Of a stretch of DNA of 64,000 bases, positions 33,073-42,790 are shown in pieces (position 1 is the first letter of the stretch; each line of letters opens with the position of its first letter). Source of the stretch: Gemmatimonadaceae bacterium (GTDB lineage: Bacteria > Gemmatimonadota > Gemmatimonadetes > Gemmatimonadales > Gemmatimonadaceae); contig JANRJP010000085.1 of assembly GCA_033763905.1 (NCBI GenBank), positions 14,276-78,275 of the forward strand, written 5' to 3'. The notes below the pieces were generated by a model. That model searched no databases and was not told the origin of the DNA. It saw only the letters and a program-made list of their open reading frames with translations. A program made the position numbers and the translations under genes.

Positions 33073-34873
33073 AGTCCTCGCCGGGATTGATGAAGCGATC
33101 GGCTTCGAGCTTGTATTGCCGATCGTACAACTCCCGGTAGCGACCGTGGAGGGCGATCAATTCGGCGTGCGTCCCCCGCTCGACGATCTCGCCCTTCTCG
33201 AGCACCAGAATCTGATCGGCGCTGGTGATCGTGCTCAGCCGGTGCGCGATGACGAACGTCGTGCGACCCGCACGCAGCGTCCTGAGGCCCTCCTGAATCA
33301 TCGCCTCGCTCTCGGAGTCGAGTGAGGATGTGGCCTCGTCGAGGATGAGCAGCCGCGGGTTGGCCAGGATCGCGCGCGCGATGGCCACTCGCTGCCGCTG
33401 GCCGCCCGACAGTTTCACGCCGCGCTCGCCGACGATGGTGTCGTAGGCGTCGGGGAACTTCGACACGAACTCGTCGACGTTCGCGATCTTCGCGACGCGG
33501 ATGATGTCCTCGAGCGTGGCGTCCGGGCGAGTGAAGGCGATGTTGTCCTTCACCGTCCCGTCGAACAGGAAGTTGTCCTGCAACACGACGCCCAGCTGTG
33601 CCCGGTACTCCGCCAGCTTGAGCTCGGCCAGGTCGGAGCCGTCGACCGTGATGCGCCCTTGCTGCGGCCGCGCGAAGGCCATCACCAACGAGATCAGCGT
33701 GCTCTTGCCCGAGCCGGACGACCCCACCAGCGCAGTGGTGGTACCGGCCGGGGCGTGGAACGACACGCCCCGCAGCACGGGTACGCCGGGCTCGTACTCG
33801 AACCACACGTTCTCGAAGGCCACATCGCCCCGCACGGTCGGCACCGGGCGCTTGGTCGCGTCTTCCTGATCCTCGGTGGCCATATCGCGCAGCTCGCGAA
33901 TGCGATCCAGCCCGGCAAAGGCCTCGGTGATCTGCGTGCCGATGTTGGCAATGCTCACCAGCGGCGCTGCGACCAGCCCGATGAAGAACACGTACATCAC
34001 AAGATCGCCGATCGTCATTCGGCCGTCGCGCACGTCGCCGCCGCCTACCAGCATCAGGATCACACCCACCGCGCCGATCACGGCCGTGCTCAGCGCGGTC
34101 ACGGCGGACGTGCCGGTGATGGTGCTGGCGATGTTCGAGAACAGACGCTCCACGCCTTCGCCGAAGACCTTCTGCTCACGCTTCTCGGCGGTGTAGACCT
34201 TCACGATCCGAATGCCGCCGATGGTTTCCGTCAGTCGTCCCGTCACGTCCGCGGTGATCACGCTCCGCTCGCGGAAAATCGGACGCAGTTTTCGGAAGGC
34301 GTAGGCCATTCCGGCCCCGAACACGCCGAGGAACACCACGGTGATGACCGTGAGCTTCCAGTTGAGCCAAATGAGAACGCCCAGGGCCACCGCCGCCGTC
34401 AGCACGCCACCCACGAGCTGAATGATGCCGGTCCCCACGAGATTACGGATGCCTTCGGGGTCGTTCATCACGCGGGAGACCAGCACGCCGCTCTTGGTGC
34501 TGTCGAAGTAGCGCACCGGGAGTCGCACGAGGTGCCCCTGCACTTCGCGACGGAGATCGGCAATCGCGTGTTGCGCGGCGACCGACACCACCTGCGAGAG
34601 CGCATAGCTGGTAATCGCCTGAATGACGGACGCCGCGCCGGCGCCAAGCGCCAGCCATCCGAGGAGCTCCCAGCGCTGCTTCGTGAGCACTTCGTCGATC
34701 AACCACTTCGACGATCCCGGCAGGACCAGCCCGGCGGCTCGGGAGATCAGCATCATCACGAGACCAATCCCGACCGAGCGGCGATGCTGCCACATCAGGG
34801 CGCGGGCTTCGGCCCAGGCGCGTTCGGGATTGTACTTCTTCTTGCTCTTGGAGTCGGGTACGGCTGCGGCCAT
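33035..34873 (-). CDS. ABC exporter, fused permease/ATPase (MsbA/MdlB-like)
   Basis: TMD followed by GSSGSGKS, LSGGQRQR, LILDEATSSLD, IAHRLST. Confidence 0.95.
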   Translation of the reverse strand: MAAAVPDSKSKKKYNPERAWAEARALMWQHRRSVGIGLVMMLISRAAGLVLPGSSKWLIDEVLTKQRWELLGWLALGAGAASVIQAITSYALSQVVSVAAQHAIADLRREVQGHLVRLPVRYFDSTKSGVLVSRVMNDPEGIRNLVGTGIIQLVGGVLTAAVALGVLIWLNWKLTVITVVFLGVFGAGMAYAFRKLRPIFRERSVITADVTGRLTETIGGIRIVKVYTAEKREQKVFGEGVERLFSNIASTITGTSAVTALSTAVIGAVGVILMLVGGGDVRDGRMTIGDLVMYVFFIGLVAAPLVSIANIGTQITEAFAGLDRIRELRDMATEDQEDATKRPVPTVRGDVAFENVWFEYEPGVPVLRGVSFHAPAGTTTALVGSSGSGKSTLISLVMAFARPQQGRITVDGSDLAELKLAEYRAQLGVVLQDNFLFDGTVKDNIAFTRPDATLEDIIRVAKIANVDEFVSKFPDAYDTIVGERGVKLSGGQRQRVAIARAILANPRLLILDEATSSLDSESEAMIQEGLRTLRAGRTTFVIAHRLSTITSADQILVLEKGEIVERGTHAELIALHGRYRELYDRQYKLEADRFINPGEDFTLADAASKATR

Positions 34874-34882
34874 GCCCGCAAC

Positions 34883-35953
34883 CTATCGCGTGGGCCGCCC
34901 GGCGGCGATGCGCCCTTGCGCCGCCAGTAGCTGCACGGCGCCGAGCAGCGCCCCAAAACGGGGATCTGTCGTCAGGCCCGCCTTCCAGCGGGCGTAGATC
35001 TGCTGGGCAATCACTGCGATCTTGAAGAGCCCGAAGGCGTGGTACCAGCCCATTGGCGGTATCTCGCGGCCCGTCACGGCGCCGTAGCGCGCCCACAGCT
35101 CGGCGCGACGCAGGTTGCCCGGCAGTGCGCTGATGCCGAGCCCCAGCGCCTTGAGTTGCGGCGGATCGTCCGCTTCGAGCCAGTAGCCGAGCGAAGTCCC
35201 GAGGTCGAGCAAGGGATCACCCACGGTGGCCATCTCCCAGTCGAGCACCGCGCGGATCTCGGTGAGGTCGTCCGGCGCGAGCATCAGGTTGTCGTACTTG
35301 AAGTCGTTGTGCACCAGCGCCGGCGTGCCGGTGGGCGGCTGCTCGGCGGTGAGCCACTCGGCGAGGGCGTCCATTGCCGGTACGTCGTCGGTGCGCGCCT
35401 TCTGCCAGCGCTGAACCCAACCCGAGACCTGGCGGCCGACATAGCCCTCGGGACGGCCAAGCTCGCGCAGGCCGGGGACGTCGAGCGGCACCCGGTGAAT
35501 CGCCACCAGCGTGTCGAGAAAGGTCTCCGACAGCCGCGCGCAGGTCGTGGCGTCGAGCGCGGCCGCAATCTCGGGCGTGACCATCCGCAGGATCACGCCG
35601 TGGACGCGGCGCATCACGTAGAACGGCGCCCCAACCACGGACTCGTCTTCGCACAGGGCAAGCGGCGTCGGCACGGGAACGCCCGCCCCGTGCACGGCGT
35701 GCAGGACGCGATACTCGCGCGCCATATCGTGCGCGATGCCCGGCCGCACGCCGACGGGCGGGCGCCGCAGGACCAGCTCGTCGGCCCCGATCCGCACGAG
35801 ATACGTGAGGTTCGAGAATCCGCGGGGAAACTGCTGGACGGCTATCTCGCCGCGAAGCCCCAAAGCGTTTCCGAGGAAGCCGCCGAGCGCCTCCGGGTCA
35901 AGCGCCTCACCGGCGCGGACGTCGACCGCCCCGTCTCGCGGCAGCGTGGTCAC
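34883..35953 (-). CDS. APH/ACAD10-11-type phosphotransferase (LvaA-like)
   Basis: GFSNLTY, LVLRRPP, HDMAREY, HNDFKYDN, LDWEMATVGDPLLDLG; GTGA overlap with the ACAD gene. Confidence 0.9.
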   Translation of the reverse strand: MTTLPRDGAVDVRAGEALDPEALGGFLGNALGLRGEIAVQQFPRGFSNLTYLVRIGADELVLRRPPVGVRPGIAHDMAREYRVLHAVHGAGVPVPTPLALCEDESVVGAPFYVMRRVHGVILRMVTPEIAAALDATTCARLSETFLDTLVAIHRVPLDVPGLRELGRPEGYVGRQVSGWVQRWQKARTDDVPAMDALAEWLTAEQPPTGTPALVHNDFKYDNLMLAPDDLTEIRAVLDWEMATVGDPLLDLGTSLGYWLEADDPPQLKALGLGISALPGNLRRAELWARYGAVTGREIPPMGWYHAFGLFKIAVIAQQIYARWKAGLTTDPRFGALLGAVQLLAAQGRIAAGRPTR

Positions 35954-37161
35954 GCGCGGTACCGGCGCAGGATCTCGCGCGCCACGACGGACTTGTGCAC
36001 TTCGTCCGGCCCGTCGTAAATGCGCGCACCGCGCTCGTGGGCATACCAGAACGCCAGCGGCGTATCGTGCGTGAGCCCCAGCGCCCCGTGCACCTGCACC
36101 GCGCGATCCAGCACCCGCTGCAGCACGCCGGCCACGTGGAACTTGATGAGCGAAATGCGCTCGCGCGCCGCCTTCTGCCCCTGACGGTCCATCAGCTCGG
36201 CGGTATCCACAACCAAGAGGCGGGCGGCGTCGAGCTCGGCGCGTGATTCGGCGATCGCGTGTTGCACCACCTGCTGATCGGCGAGCCGCTTGCCGTCGCC
36301 CAATTCGCGGCTGGCGGCGCGGCGGCACATCAGATCAATGGCGCGTTCGGCAGTGCCGATCCAGCGCATACAGTGGTGAATGCGACCCGGCCCCAGCCGC
36401 TCTTGCGCCAGCGCGAAACCCGCGCCTCGGCCGCCAATGACGGCATCGGCCGGGACACGCACTTCCTCGAAGCGCAGTTCCGCGTGGCTCGCCCAGTCGT
36501 CGCCGGGGTGCCCCATCACGTTGATGTTGCGCACCAGATGCACGCCGGGCGCGTCCATCGGCACGAGCAACATCGACGCGCGGCCGTAGGGCGACGGGGC
36601 ATCGGGCTCGGTCACCGCCATCACGATCGCGAACGCGGCGCCGTCCGCCGCTGTGGTGAACCACTTATGCGCGTTGAGCACCCAAGTGTCGCCGTCGAGC
36701 ACCGCCTGCGCGTCCATCAGCACCGGGTTGGCGCCGGCGTTGTCGGGTTCCGTCATCGCGAAGCAACTGCGGATTGCGCCGGTCAGCAGCGGCGCGAGCC
36801 ATCGACTGCGCTGCGCCGCCGACCCGTGCGCCAGCAGCAACTCGATGTTGCCGACATCGGGCGCCTGACAGTGAAACGCATAGTGCGCCAACGGCGACCA
36901 GCCGAGCTCGGCGCTGACGTGCGCGAAGTCGGCGAGAGCCAGTCCCATCCCGCCATCGGCGACAGGGATGTACGGTGCCCACAGGCCCGCTTGGCGCACC
37001 ACGGTGCGGACGGCGTCGAGTTCGGGCGTGAGGGCGCGGAAGGAACCGTTGAGAAATGCGGGTTCGAGCGGCACGATCCGTTCGCGGACGATGCGCCGCA
37101 CGCGCAGCAGCAGCGCGTCGCGTTCGTCGAGCGAGAGTCGCGGGTTTGGCGAACCGCTCAT
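35950..37161 (-). CDS. Acyl-CoA dehydrogenase, ACAD10/11 (LvaC-like) subfamily
   Basis: CQAPDVGNIELL, RSCFAMTEP, KWFTT, AQERLGPGRIHHCMR, RIYDGPDEVH. Confidence 0.92.
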   Translation of the reverse strand: MSGSPNPRLSLDERDALLLRVRRIVRERIVPLEPAFLNGSFRALTPELDAVRTVVRQAGLWAPYIPVADGGMGLALADFAHVSAELGWSPLAHYAFHCQAPDVGNIELLLAHGSAAQRSRWLAPLLTGAIRSCFAMTEPDNAGANPVLMDAQAVLDGDTWVLNAHKWFTTAADGAAFAIVMAVTEPDAPSPYGRASMLLVPMDAPGVHLVRNINVMGHPGDDWASHAELRFEEVRVPADAVIGGRGAGFALAQERLGPGRIHHCMRWIGTAERAIDLMCRRAASRELGDGKRLADQQVVQHAIAESRAELDAARLLVVDTAELMDRQGQKAARERISLIKFHVAGVLQRVLDRAVQVHGALGLTHDTPLAFWYAHERGARIYDGPDEVHKSVVAREILRRYRA

Positions 37162-37907
37162 ACCGTGAACCCACCGTCCGCCATATAGACACCGCCGGTG
37201 CAGTACGACGCTTCGTCGCTGGCCAGGAATCGCGCGAGCCCCGCGATCTCGTCCGGTTCGCCCACGCGCGGAATCGGTTGCGACTTGAGGAAGCGCCCCA
37301 TCAGTTTTTCGTCCTGCCAGAGGACCTGCGAGAAGTCGGTGCGAATGAGCCCGGGGCAAATCGTGTTGGCTCGGATGCCCATCGGTCCCCACTCGCGTGC
37401 CATCACCTGCGTCAGCGAGATCAGCGCCGCCTTGGACACGCTGTAGATGCCCAGTCCCGGCTCCGGCGAGACGCCGCCGATCGAACTGATGTTGACGATG
37501 GCGCCGCCGCGCTCCTTCAGGGCGGGCAGGAGCGCACGGCACAGCTGGAACGGCCCGCGCACGTTGACGGCGATGATCTTGTCGAAGGCGTCGTCGCTCG
37601 TGTCCTGCACGGGGCCAAAGACCGGATTGACCGCCGCGTTGTTGACGACGATCTGGATGCCGCCGTAGGCGCGCACCGCGGCCTCGGCGAGGCGCGCCAC
37701 ATCGTCGGGCTTGCCGATGTTGGCTGGAATGCCGGCGGCTTCGTAGCCGTCGGCGCGGAGCGCTGCCACGGTGGCATCGACCGCGTCGGTCTTGCGCGAG
37801 GAGACGATGACGCGGGCGCCCGCGGCGGCGAGGGCGCGGGCCGTGGCGAGGCCGATGCCTCGGGTGCCGCCGGTGATCAGTGCGGTGCGGTCTTCGAGAG
37901 GACGCAT
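37158..37907 (-). CDS. Short-chain dehydrogenase/reductase (DHRS4-like)
   Basis: TGGTRGIG, NNAAVNP.FG, YSVSK, CPGLIRTDFS. Confidence 0.92.
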   Translation of the reverse strand: MRPLEDRTALITGGTRGIGLATARALAAAGARVIVSSRKTDAVDATVAALRADGYEAAGIPANIGKPDDVARLAEAAVRAYGGIQIVVNNAAVNPVFGPVQDTSDDAFDKIIAVNVRGPFQLCRALLPALKERGGAIVNISSIGGVSPEPGLGIYSVSKAALISLTQVMAREWGPMGIRANTICPGLIRTDFSQVLWQDEKLMGRFLKSQPIPRVGEPDEIAGLARFLASDEASYCTGGVYMADGGFTV

Positions 37908-37945
37908 CCGCGAAGTGTGCGGCCCCGATCAGCGAGGGGCTAGGG

Positions 37946-38227
37946 TCAGGCCGCGTACTCGCTGTGGGCAACGGCCATCGCGCCGCCGTCGACCACGTGC
38001 GAGAATCCCCGCTCCTTGAGCACGCGCGCGGCCGCGGCCGAGCGCGCCCCACTGGCGCAGTAGACCATTACCCGACGATCCGGCGTGAGCTCGGGATGCT
38101 CGCTCAGCCGCTCGGCGAGGGTATCCACCGGGATGTGCACGGCCCCTTCGAGGTGACCGAGCCAGAATTCGAGCTTGGTGCGGACATCGACCACGACGTC
38201 CACTGGGCGATTGCGAAAACGCGGCAT
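37946..38227 (-). CDS. Single-domain rhodanese (sulfurtransferase)
   Basis: DVRT..EF..GHLEGA.HIP; active-site loop YCASGARS. Confidence 0.9.
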   Translation of the reverse strand: MPRFRNRPVDVVVDVRTKLEFWLGHLEGAVHIPVDTLAERLSEHPELTPDRRVMVYCASGARSAAAARVLKERGFSHVVDGGAMAVAHSEYAA

Positions 38228-38251
38228 AGCGGGGGCAGGTGAAGTTGAATA

Positions 38252-38280
38252 ACTATATTGGCATATACTATACCTGTCTA
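38252..38280 (-). promoter_or_regulatory. Sigma70-type promoter for the rhodanese unit
   Basis: TAGACA (38280-38275), 17-nt spacer, TATAGT (38257-38252), in a markedly AT-rich patch. Confidence 0.75.
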
Positions 38281-38307
38281 GCCCCCCCAGGGCCCGCCAG
38301 GCCGCCC

Positions 38308-39624
38308 TCAGCGCCTCGCCAGCACCCGAAGTGCCTCGACCAAGCGCCCTACGTCGTCCGGGGTCGAGTGCAGTGCCGGCGTCACCCGCACGCAGTCGCC
38401 TCGCGCCAGCCCCGAGCGCGCGACGGTGAAGATCCCGAACTCGTCCGCCAGCGTGCGCGCCAGCGCGGCGTTTCGGCGCTCGTCGCCGTCCCCGCGGAGC
38501 CGGAAGCTCGTGATCGCGCCGACCATCGTGGGATCATCCGGCGTCAGTACATCCACGCCGGCAATCGCCCGCGCCGGCACCGCCCACTGATCGCGCAAAT
38601 ACCTGAGACGTGCGGCCTTGTTGGGGACGCCAATCGTCTCCTGAAACGTCAGCGCGTCATCGACCGCCATCACCGCCGCGAAGTCCGTCGTGCCGGTGTG
38701 CAGCCGCACGTCGATGCGATCGTGCGGCGGCGGCTCGCCCGGCGCCGGTGCGATGGCGTCTAGCCGGTCGCGGCGAATGCAGAACGCCGCCACGCCAACC
38801 GGTGCCCCCACCCACTTGTGAAGATTGACGCCGACGAACGGCGCGCCAATCTCGGGAATCGAAAACGGGATCTGCCCGAAGGCGTGCGCCGAGTCGAGCA
38901 CGACATCGGCGCCGCGTGCGGCGGCAAGCGCGGTGAGCTCCCGCACGGGATGCACCAGCCCGGTCTTGTTGTTGACGTGCGTCAGCAGCACCAGCTTGGT
39001 GCGCGGATTCGCATCCAGCGCCGCCGTGTACGCCGCGAGCACCCCCTCACGCGACGCCGGCTCGGGAATCGCCAGCGTGGCGACCGTCGCTGCCCGCGCG
39101 GCCGCGAGGCCGCGCATCGCGTCCTGCATCGCCGGGTAGTCCAGGTCCGCCACGAGCACCGTGTCGCCCGCGCGGAGTGGCAGGTACTGGCGGATCATCG
39201 TCTGCAGCGCCTCCGTGGCATTGCGCGCGAACGCCATCTCGCCGGGCGTCACCCCCAGCGCCGCCGCGACGCGAGCTCGGACGCGGGCCGCGATCGCCGG
39301 ATACTCACGACGCGCAAAGGCCGCCCCCTCACGGTTCACTCGAACGACGTAGCGCTGGTAGGCCTCGAGCACCGGCCTCGCCATCGTGCCGAAGTACCCC
39401 GCCTCCAGATTCAGGATGCCACCAGACACGTCGTACTGCCGGGCCACCCGACGCCAGTAGCGCTCGTCGCGCGCGACCGCCTCAGGATCCGCAGACGGCG
39501 GGATCAGATCGCTCAGCACCTCTGCCTCACCGATCGGCGAGGCGAGGGCTTCGGCCGGCATCCCGACAGCCGCGAGGGCAGCAGCAGCGGCGGTGCCGCG
39601 CAAAATCGTCCGACGAGAAGGCAT
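38308..39624 (-). CDS. Class V PLP-dependent enzyme (isopenicillin-N-epimerase-like) with Tat signal
   Basis: MPSRRTIL twin-Arg leader; RNATEAL, DSAHAFG, NLHKW (PLP Lys). Confidence 0.85.
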   Translation of the reverse strand: MPSRRTILRGTAAAAALAAVGMPAEALASPIGEAEVLSDLIPPSADPEAVARDERYWRRVARQYDVSGGILNLEAGYFGTMARPVLEAYQRYVVRVNREGAAFARREYPAIAARVRARVAAALGVTPGEMAFARNATEALQTMIRQYLPLRAGDTVLVADLDYPAMQDAMRGLAAARAATVATLAIPEPASREGVLAAYTAALDANPRTKLVLLTHVNNKTGLVHPVRELTALAAARGADVVLDSAHAFGQIPFSIPEIGAPFVGVNLHKWVGAPVGVAAFCIRRDRLDAIAPAPGEPPPHDRIDVRLHTGTTDFAAVMAVDDALTFQETIGVPNKAARLRYLRDQWAVPARAIAGVDVLTPDDPTMVGAITSFRLRGDGDERRNAALARTLADEFGIFTVARSGLARGDCVRVTPALHSTPDDVGRLVEALRVLARR

Positions 39625-39664
39625 ACCCAATGCTACGCGATCCCCTCACGCAGCACCACGCGCG

Positions 39665-40795
39665 CTACGGTCGATACACCCACGCGTCGACCCGCGGACC
39701 GGCTCCGTTGCCGTAGCCTCCGGTCACCAGTGCCGCGCCGCCGGGGAGCAGTGCGCTCGCCGAGAACTGACCGCCCATCTGCGGGGCGCCCGGCACCAGG
39801 TCGAATCGATTGGCCACCGGATCGTAGCGCTCCGCCTGCGGCGCCCCTCCACTCACGAGTAGCGATCCATCGGGCAAGGTCAGCGTGTTGAAGGCGTGCT
39901 TGTAGCGCGCCAGCTGCAGATCGGGCCCATCGCGGAACCTGCCTGCCGCGGGGTCGTACACCTCCGTCGACCGATACGCGCCGCGATCATCCCGCTCATC
40001 CGACCCACCCAGCACCAGCACTCGGCCGTCGGGGAGACGAGCCGCATCGTGCTTGTGCCGACGCACGCGCATCGATCCGGTTGCCGTGAAGCGCTCCGTC
40101 CGGGGATCGTACAGTTCCGCGCTGGCAAAGAGTTCGACGGCGGACCGGCGCCCACGATGTCCTCCGACGACGAGCACCCGTCCGTCGTCGAGCAACACCG
40201 CCACGTGACTCTCGCGCGCGACGGTCATCGACCGCGTGGGCGAGAAGCGCCCCGTCGTGGGGTCAAACACTTCGGCCCCGTCCAGGAACGTCCAGTTCGG
40301 TCCGACACCACCCGCAATCAACACGCGACCATCGCTCAGCCGCACGGCGACGTGCCCGGCACGCGCCTGACGCATCGGCGCCACCGCCTCGAAGCGATTG
40401 GTCGTCGGATCGAAGATCTCGGCCTGCGCCAGCACGGCATTCTCGCGACCGTAACCGCCGACGATCAGGACCCGCCCGTCGCGGAGCGCCGTCGCCGTGT
40501 GGCTGTGGCGGACCACGCCCATTCGGGGCAGTGCGTCGAAGGTGCCGCGCCGGGGGTCGTAGGCCTCGGCGCTGACCGAGGCGCGCGCGTCGTCGGTGAA
40601 GCCGCCGGCAATCAGCACGCGGCCGTCGGGCAGCGCCGTCGCGGTGTGCGCCATTCGCGCGATGCGCATTGGGGCTGTTGCGACCAGCTCCCGGCGCGCC
40701 GTCGAGTGATGCGCGAGCTCGTCACGCGGCAGCGCCTCAGTAGGTGGACGCACGAGCAGGAACAGCGCGAAGGCAGCTGAACGAGTACGAACCAT
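39665..40795 (-). CDS. Kelch/galactose-oxidase-type beta-propeller protein
   Basis: About six repeats of R..H.A..L.DGRVL..GG...E.YDP. Confidence 0.88.
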   Translation of the reverse strand: MVRTRSAAFALFLLVRPPTEALPRDELAHHSTARRELVATAPMRIARMAHTATALPDGRVLIAGGFTDDARASVSAEAYDPRRGTFDALPRMGVVRHSHTATALRDGRVLIVGGYGRENAVLAQAEIFDPTTNRFEAVAPMRQARAGHVAVRLSDGRVLIAGGVGPNWTFLDGAEVFDPTTGRFSPTRSMTVARESHVAVLLDDGRVLVVGGHRGRRSAVELFASAELYDPRTERFTATGSMRVRRHKHDAARLPDGRVLVLGGSDERDDRGAYRSTEVYDPAAGRFRDGPDLQLARYKHAFNTLTLPDGSLLVSGGAPQAERYDPVANRFDLVPGAPQMGGQFSASALLPGGAALVTGGYGNGAGPRVDAWVYRP

Positions 40796-40803
40796 TCTGG
40801 ACG

Positions 40804-42171
40804 CTACCGCTGCACGAGCCGACCCGGCAAGCCACCCTTGGGACGAAGCGTAATGATCGGCTCCAGCGCGGGGTCAGGCCCCGGCACCCGCACCTCCCAT
40901 CGACGCGCCAACACCGCCAGGCAGATCACCGCTTCCATCCACGCGAACTGCTCGCCGACACAGATGCGCGTACCCGCGCCAAAGGGGAAGTACGCGAGCT
41001 TGGGCCGCGATGCGCTGTCGTCGCCCAACCACCGCTCAGGGCGGAATAGCGTCGGCTCCGGCCACCAGCGGGGATCCCGATGCACCAGCCACTGCGACTG
41101 CACGAAGATGGTCCCCGGCGCAAATGTCTCGCCGCGGAGCGTGACGGGGGCCACCGCCTTCCGGCCGACGATGTACGCGGGCGGGTAGAGCCGCATCGTC
41201 TCGGCCATCACCGCGCGCGTGTACGGCAGCCGCCCGACATCATCGAGCGTCGGCATCCGGTCGCCCAACACGGCGTCGACCTCGGCGCGCAACGCCGCCG
41301 CCACCGCGGGATGCCGGTCCAGCGCCAGCCACGCGAACGTCAGCGCGTTCGCGGTGGTCTCGTGCCCCGCGATGAACAACGTGATCGCCTCGTCGCGCAA
41401 CTGCGTATCGGACATCCCGGTGCCGTCGCCTTCGTCATCCTGCGCCGCAATGAGCATCGACAACAAGTCGCCGCGGTCCACCCCCCCGGCCCGATGCTCG
41501 GCAATCACCCGCGCGATGATCGCATCGAGGGTGTCCTTGGCCCGACGAAACCGACGCCGGCTTGGGAGCGGCAACCGATCGAGCAGCGCCGAGAACGGAC
41601 CGAATCCGAAGCCGAACGACACCGCCTGAAAGGCGGCGTCCAGGGCGTCGGCCACATCGCTGCTGTCGCGACTCACGTCCGCGCTGAACAGCGTGCCCGA
41701 CACGATCGCGAGCGTGAGCGCCATCATCTCGGCGTGTACATCCACCGACGCGCCGTCGCGCCATCGTCGCGCAACCGCCATCGTGGCGTCGCTCATTGTG
41801 CCCGCGTACGCCGCGATCCGCTCCCGATGAAACGCCGGTTGCACAAGCCGCCGCTGCCGCAGATGGAACTCGCCCTCGGAGGTCAGCAGCCCGTCACCGA
41901 TCAACATCTTGGCGCGCTCGAGGGCGCGGCCTTTGTGCATCGAGCGACCCTGCGTCACCAGCACGTCGCGAATGTCGTCAGGGTGCGAGACGAGCACGAC
42001 GTTCATCCCGGCGATGGGGATCATCACCAGATCGCCGTGCGTCGCCTGCATTCGCTGGAAGAACTGCACCCGGTGCCAGCCGTCGCGCGCGGCGATGTGC
42101 CGAGTGAACTCCAGCGGGTAGCGCGGCCGCAGCCGCACCAGCCCGCTAACGGACGCTGGCGCAGCGCTCAC
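40804..42171 (-). CDS. Cytochrome P450
   Basis: AGHETT (I-helix), ETMR (ExxR), FPFGAGTRICVG heme motif; GTG 42171 overlaps the upstream stop. Confidence 0.95.
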   Translation of the reverse strand: MSAAPASVSGLVRLRPRYPLEFTRHIAARDGWHRVQFFQRMQATHGDLVMIPIAGMNVVLVSHPDDIRDVLVTQGRSMHKGRALERAKMLIGDGLLTSEGEFHLRQRRLVQPAFHRERIAAYAGTMSDATMAVARRWRDGASVDVHAEMMALTLAIVSGTLFSADVSRDSSDVADALDAAFQAVSFGFGFGPFSALLDRLPLPSRRRFRRAKDTLDAIIARVIAEHRAGGVDRGDLLSMLIAAQDDEGDGTGMSDTQLRDEAITLFIAGHETTANALTFAWLALDRHPAVAAALRAEVDAVLGDRMPTLDDVGRLPYTRAVMAETMRLYPPAYIVGRKAVAPVTLRGETFAPGTIFVQSQWLVHRDPRWWPEPTLFRPERWLGDDSASRPKLAYFPFGAGTRICVGEQFAWMEAVICLAVLARRWEVRVPGPDPALEPIITLRPKGGLPGRLVQR

Positions 42172-42788
42172 GGTGTCTCGGGGCGCGTGAGCGAGAACAG
42201 TGCGTCCGGTTTCTGCCCGGCAAACCAGTCGCCGCCAAGCCGCACGAGATGCTCGATCTTCCGGTTGTCCGGCCAGCCGCCGTCCATCACCGACGCATCC
42301 ACGTGCACGTGCACGACTTCGCCCACCACCACGTTGCCAGCGGCTGGCCCATCGCCGGTCTTCACGATCTGCAGCACGCGACACTCCAGCGCCGCCGGGC
42401 TCTCGACCACACGCGGCGGACGCACCATCACGCTGGGCGCGCGGGTGAAGCCGGCGTGATCGAACTCGTCCTGCCCGTACTCATAGCGGTACGACGCTTG
42501 GTTGAGCTTCACCGCCATTTCGACGGTGCTGACGCTCACGACGAACTCACCCGTGGCTTCCACATTGCGCAGCGTGTCCTTCGGGAGTCCGTCGCGCCAG
42601 TTGGTGGCACTGAAGGCCACCGCCATCGGGTTGTAGCCCGCCGCCATAAAGAACGAGTACGGCGCCAGGTTACCTACGCCCTCGGGCGACACGGTCGAGA
42701 TGAACGCGACCGGACGCGGGGCAACCAGCGCGTTCAGGAGCTTGTTCCGCTCCGCGACCGGCAGGTTGGCCGGGACGAACTCGGCCAT
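42168..42788 (-). CDS. Flavin reductase-like (DIM6/NTAB, FMN-binding split barrel) protein
   Basis: APRPVAFIST, NLAPYSFF, KDTLRNV..TGEFVV, PPRVVESPAALEC, RLGG. Confidence 0.88.
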   Translation of the reverse strand: MAEFVPANLPVAERNKLLNALVAPRPVAFISTVSPEGVGNLAPYSFFMAAGYNPMAVAFSATNWRDGLPKDTLRNVEATGEFVVSVSTVEMAVKLNQASYRYEYGQDEFDHAGFTRAPSVMVRPPRVVESPAALECRVLQIVKTGDGPAAGNVVVGEVVHVHVDASVMDGGWPDNRKIEHLVRLGGDWFAGQKPDALFSLTRPETP

Positions 42789-42790
42789 CG

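Noticed and set aside
34883..35953. Antibiotic-resistance interpretation of the APH kinase, the VanX-like gene and the MBL-fold genes
   Set aside because: The kinase is the ACAD-associated type, there is no vanHA or vanRS, and the MBLs show only generic fold motifs.
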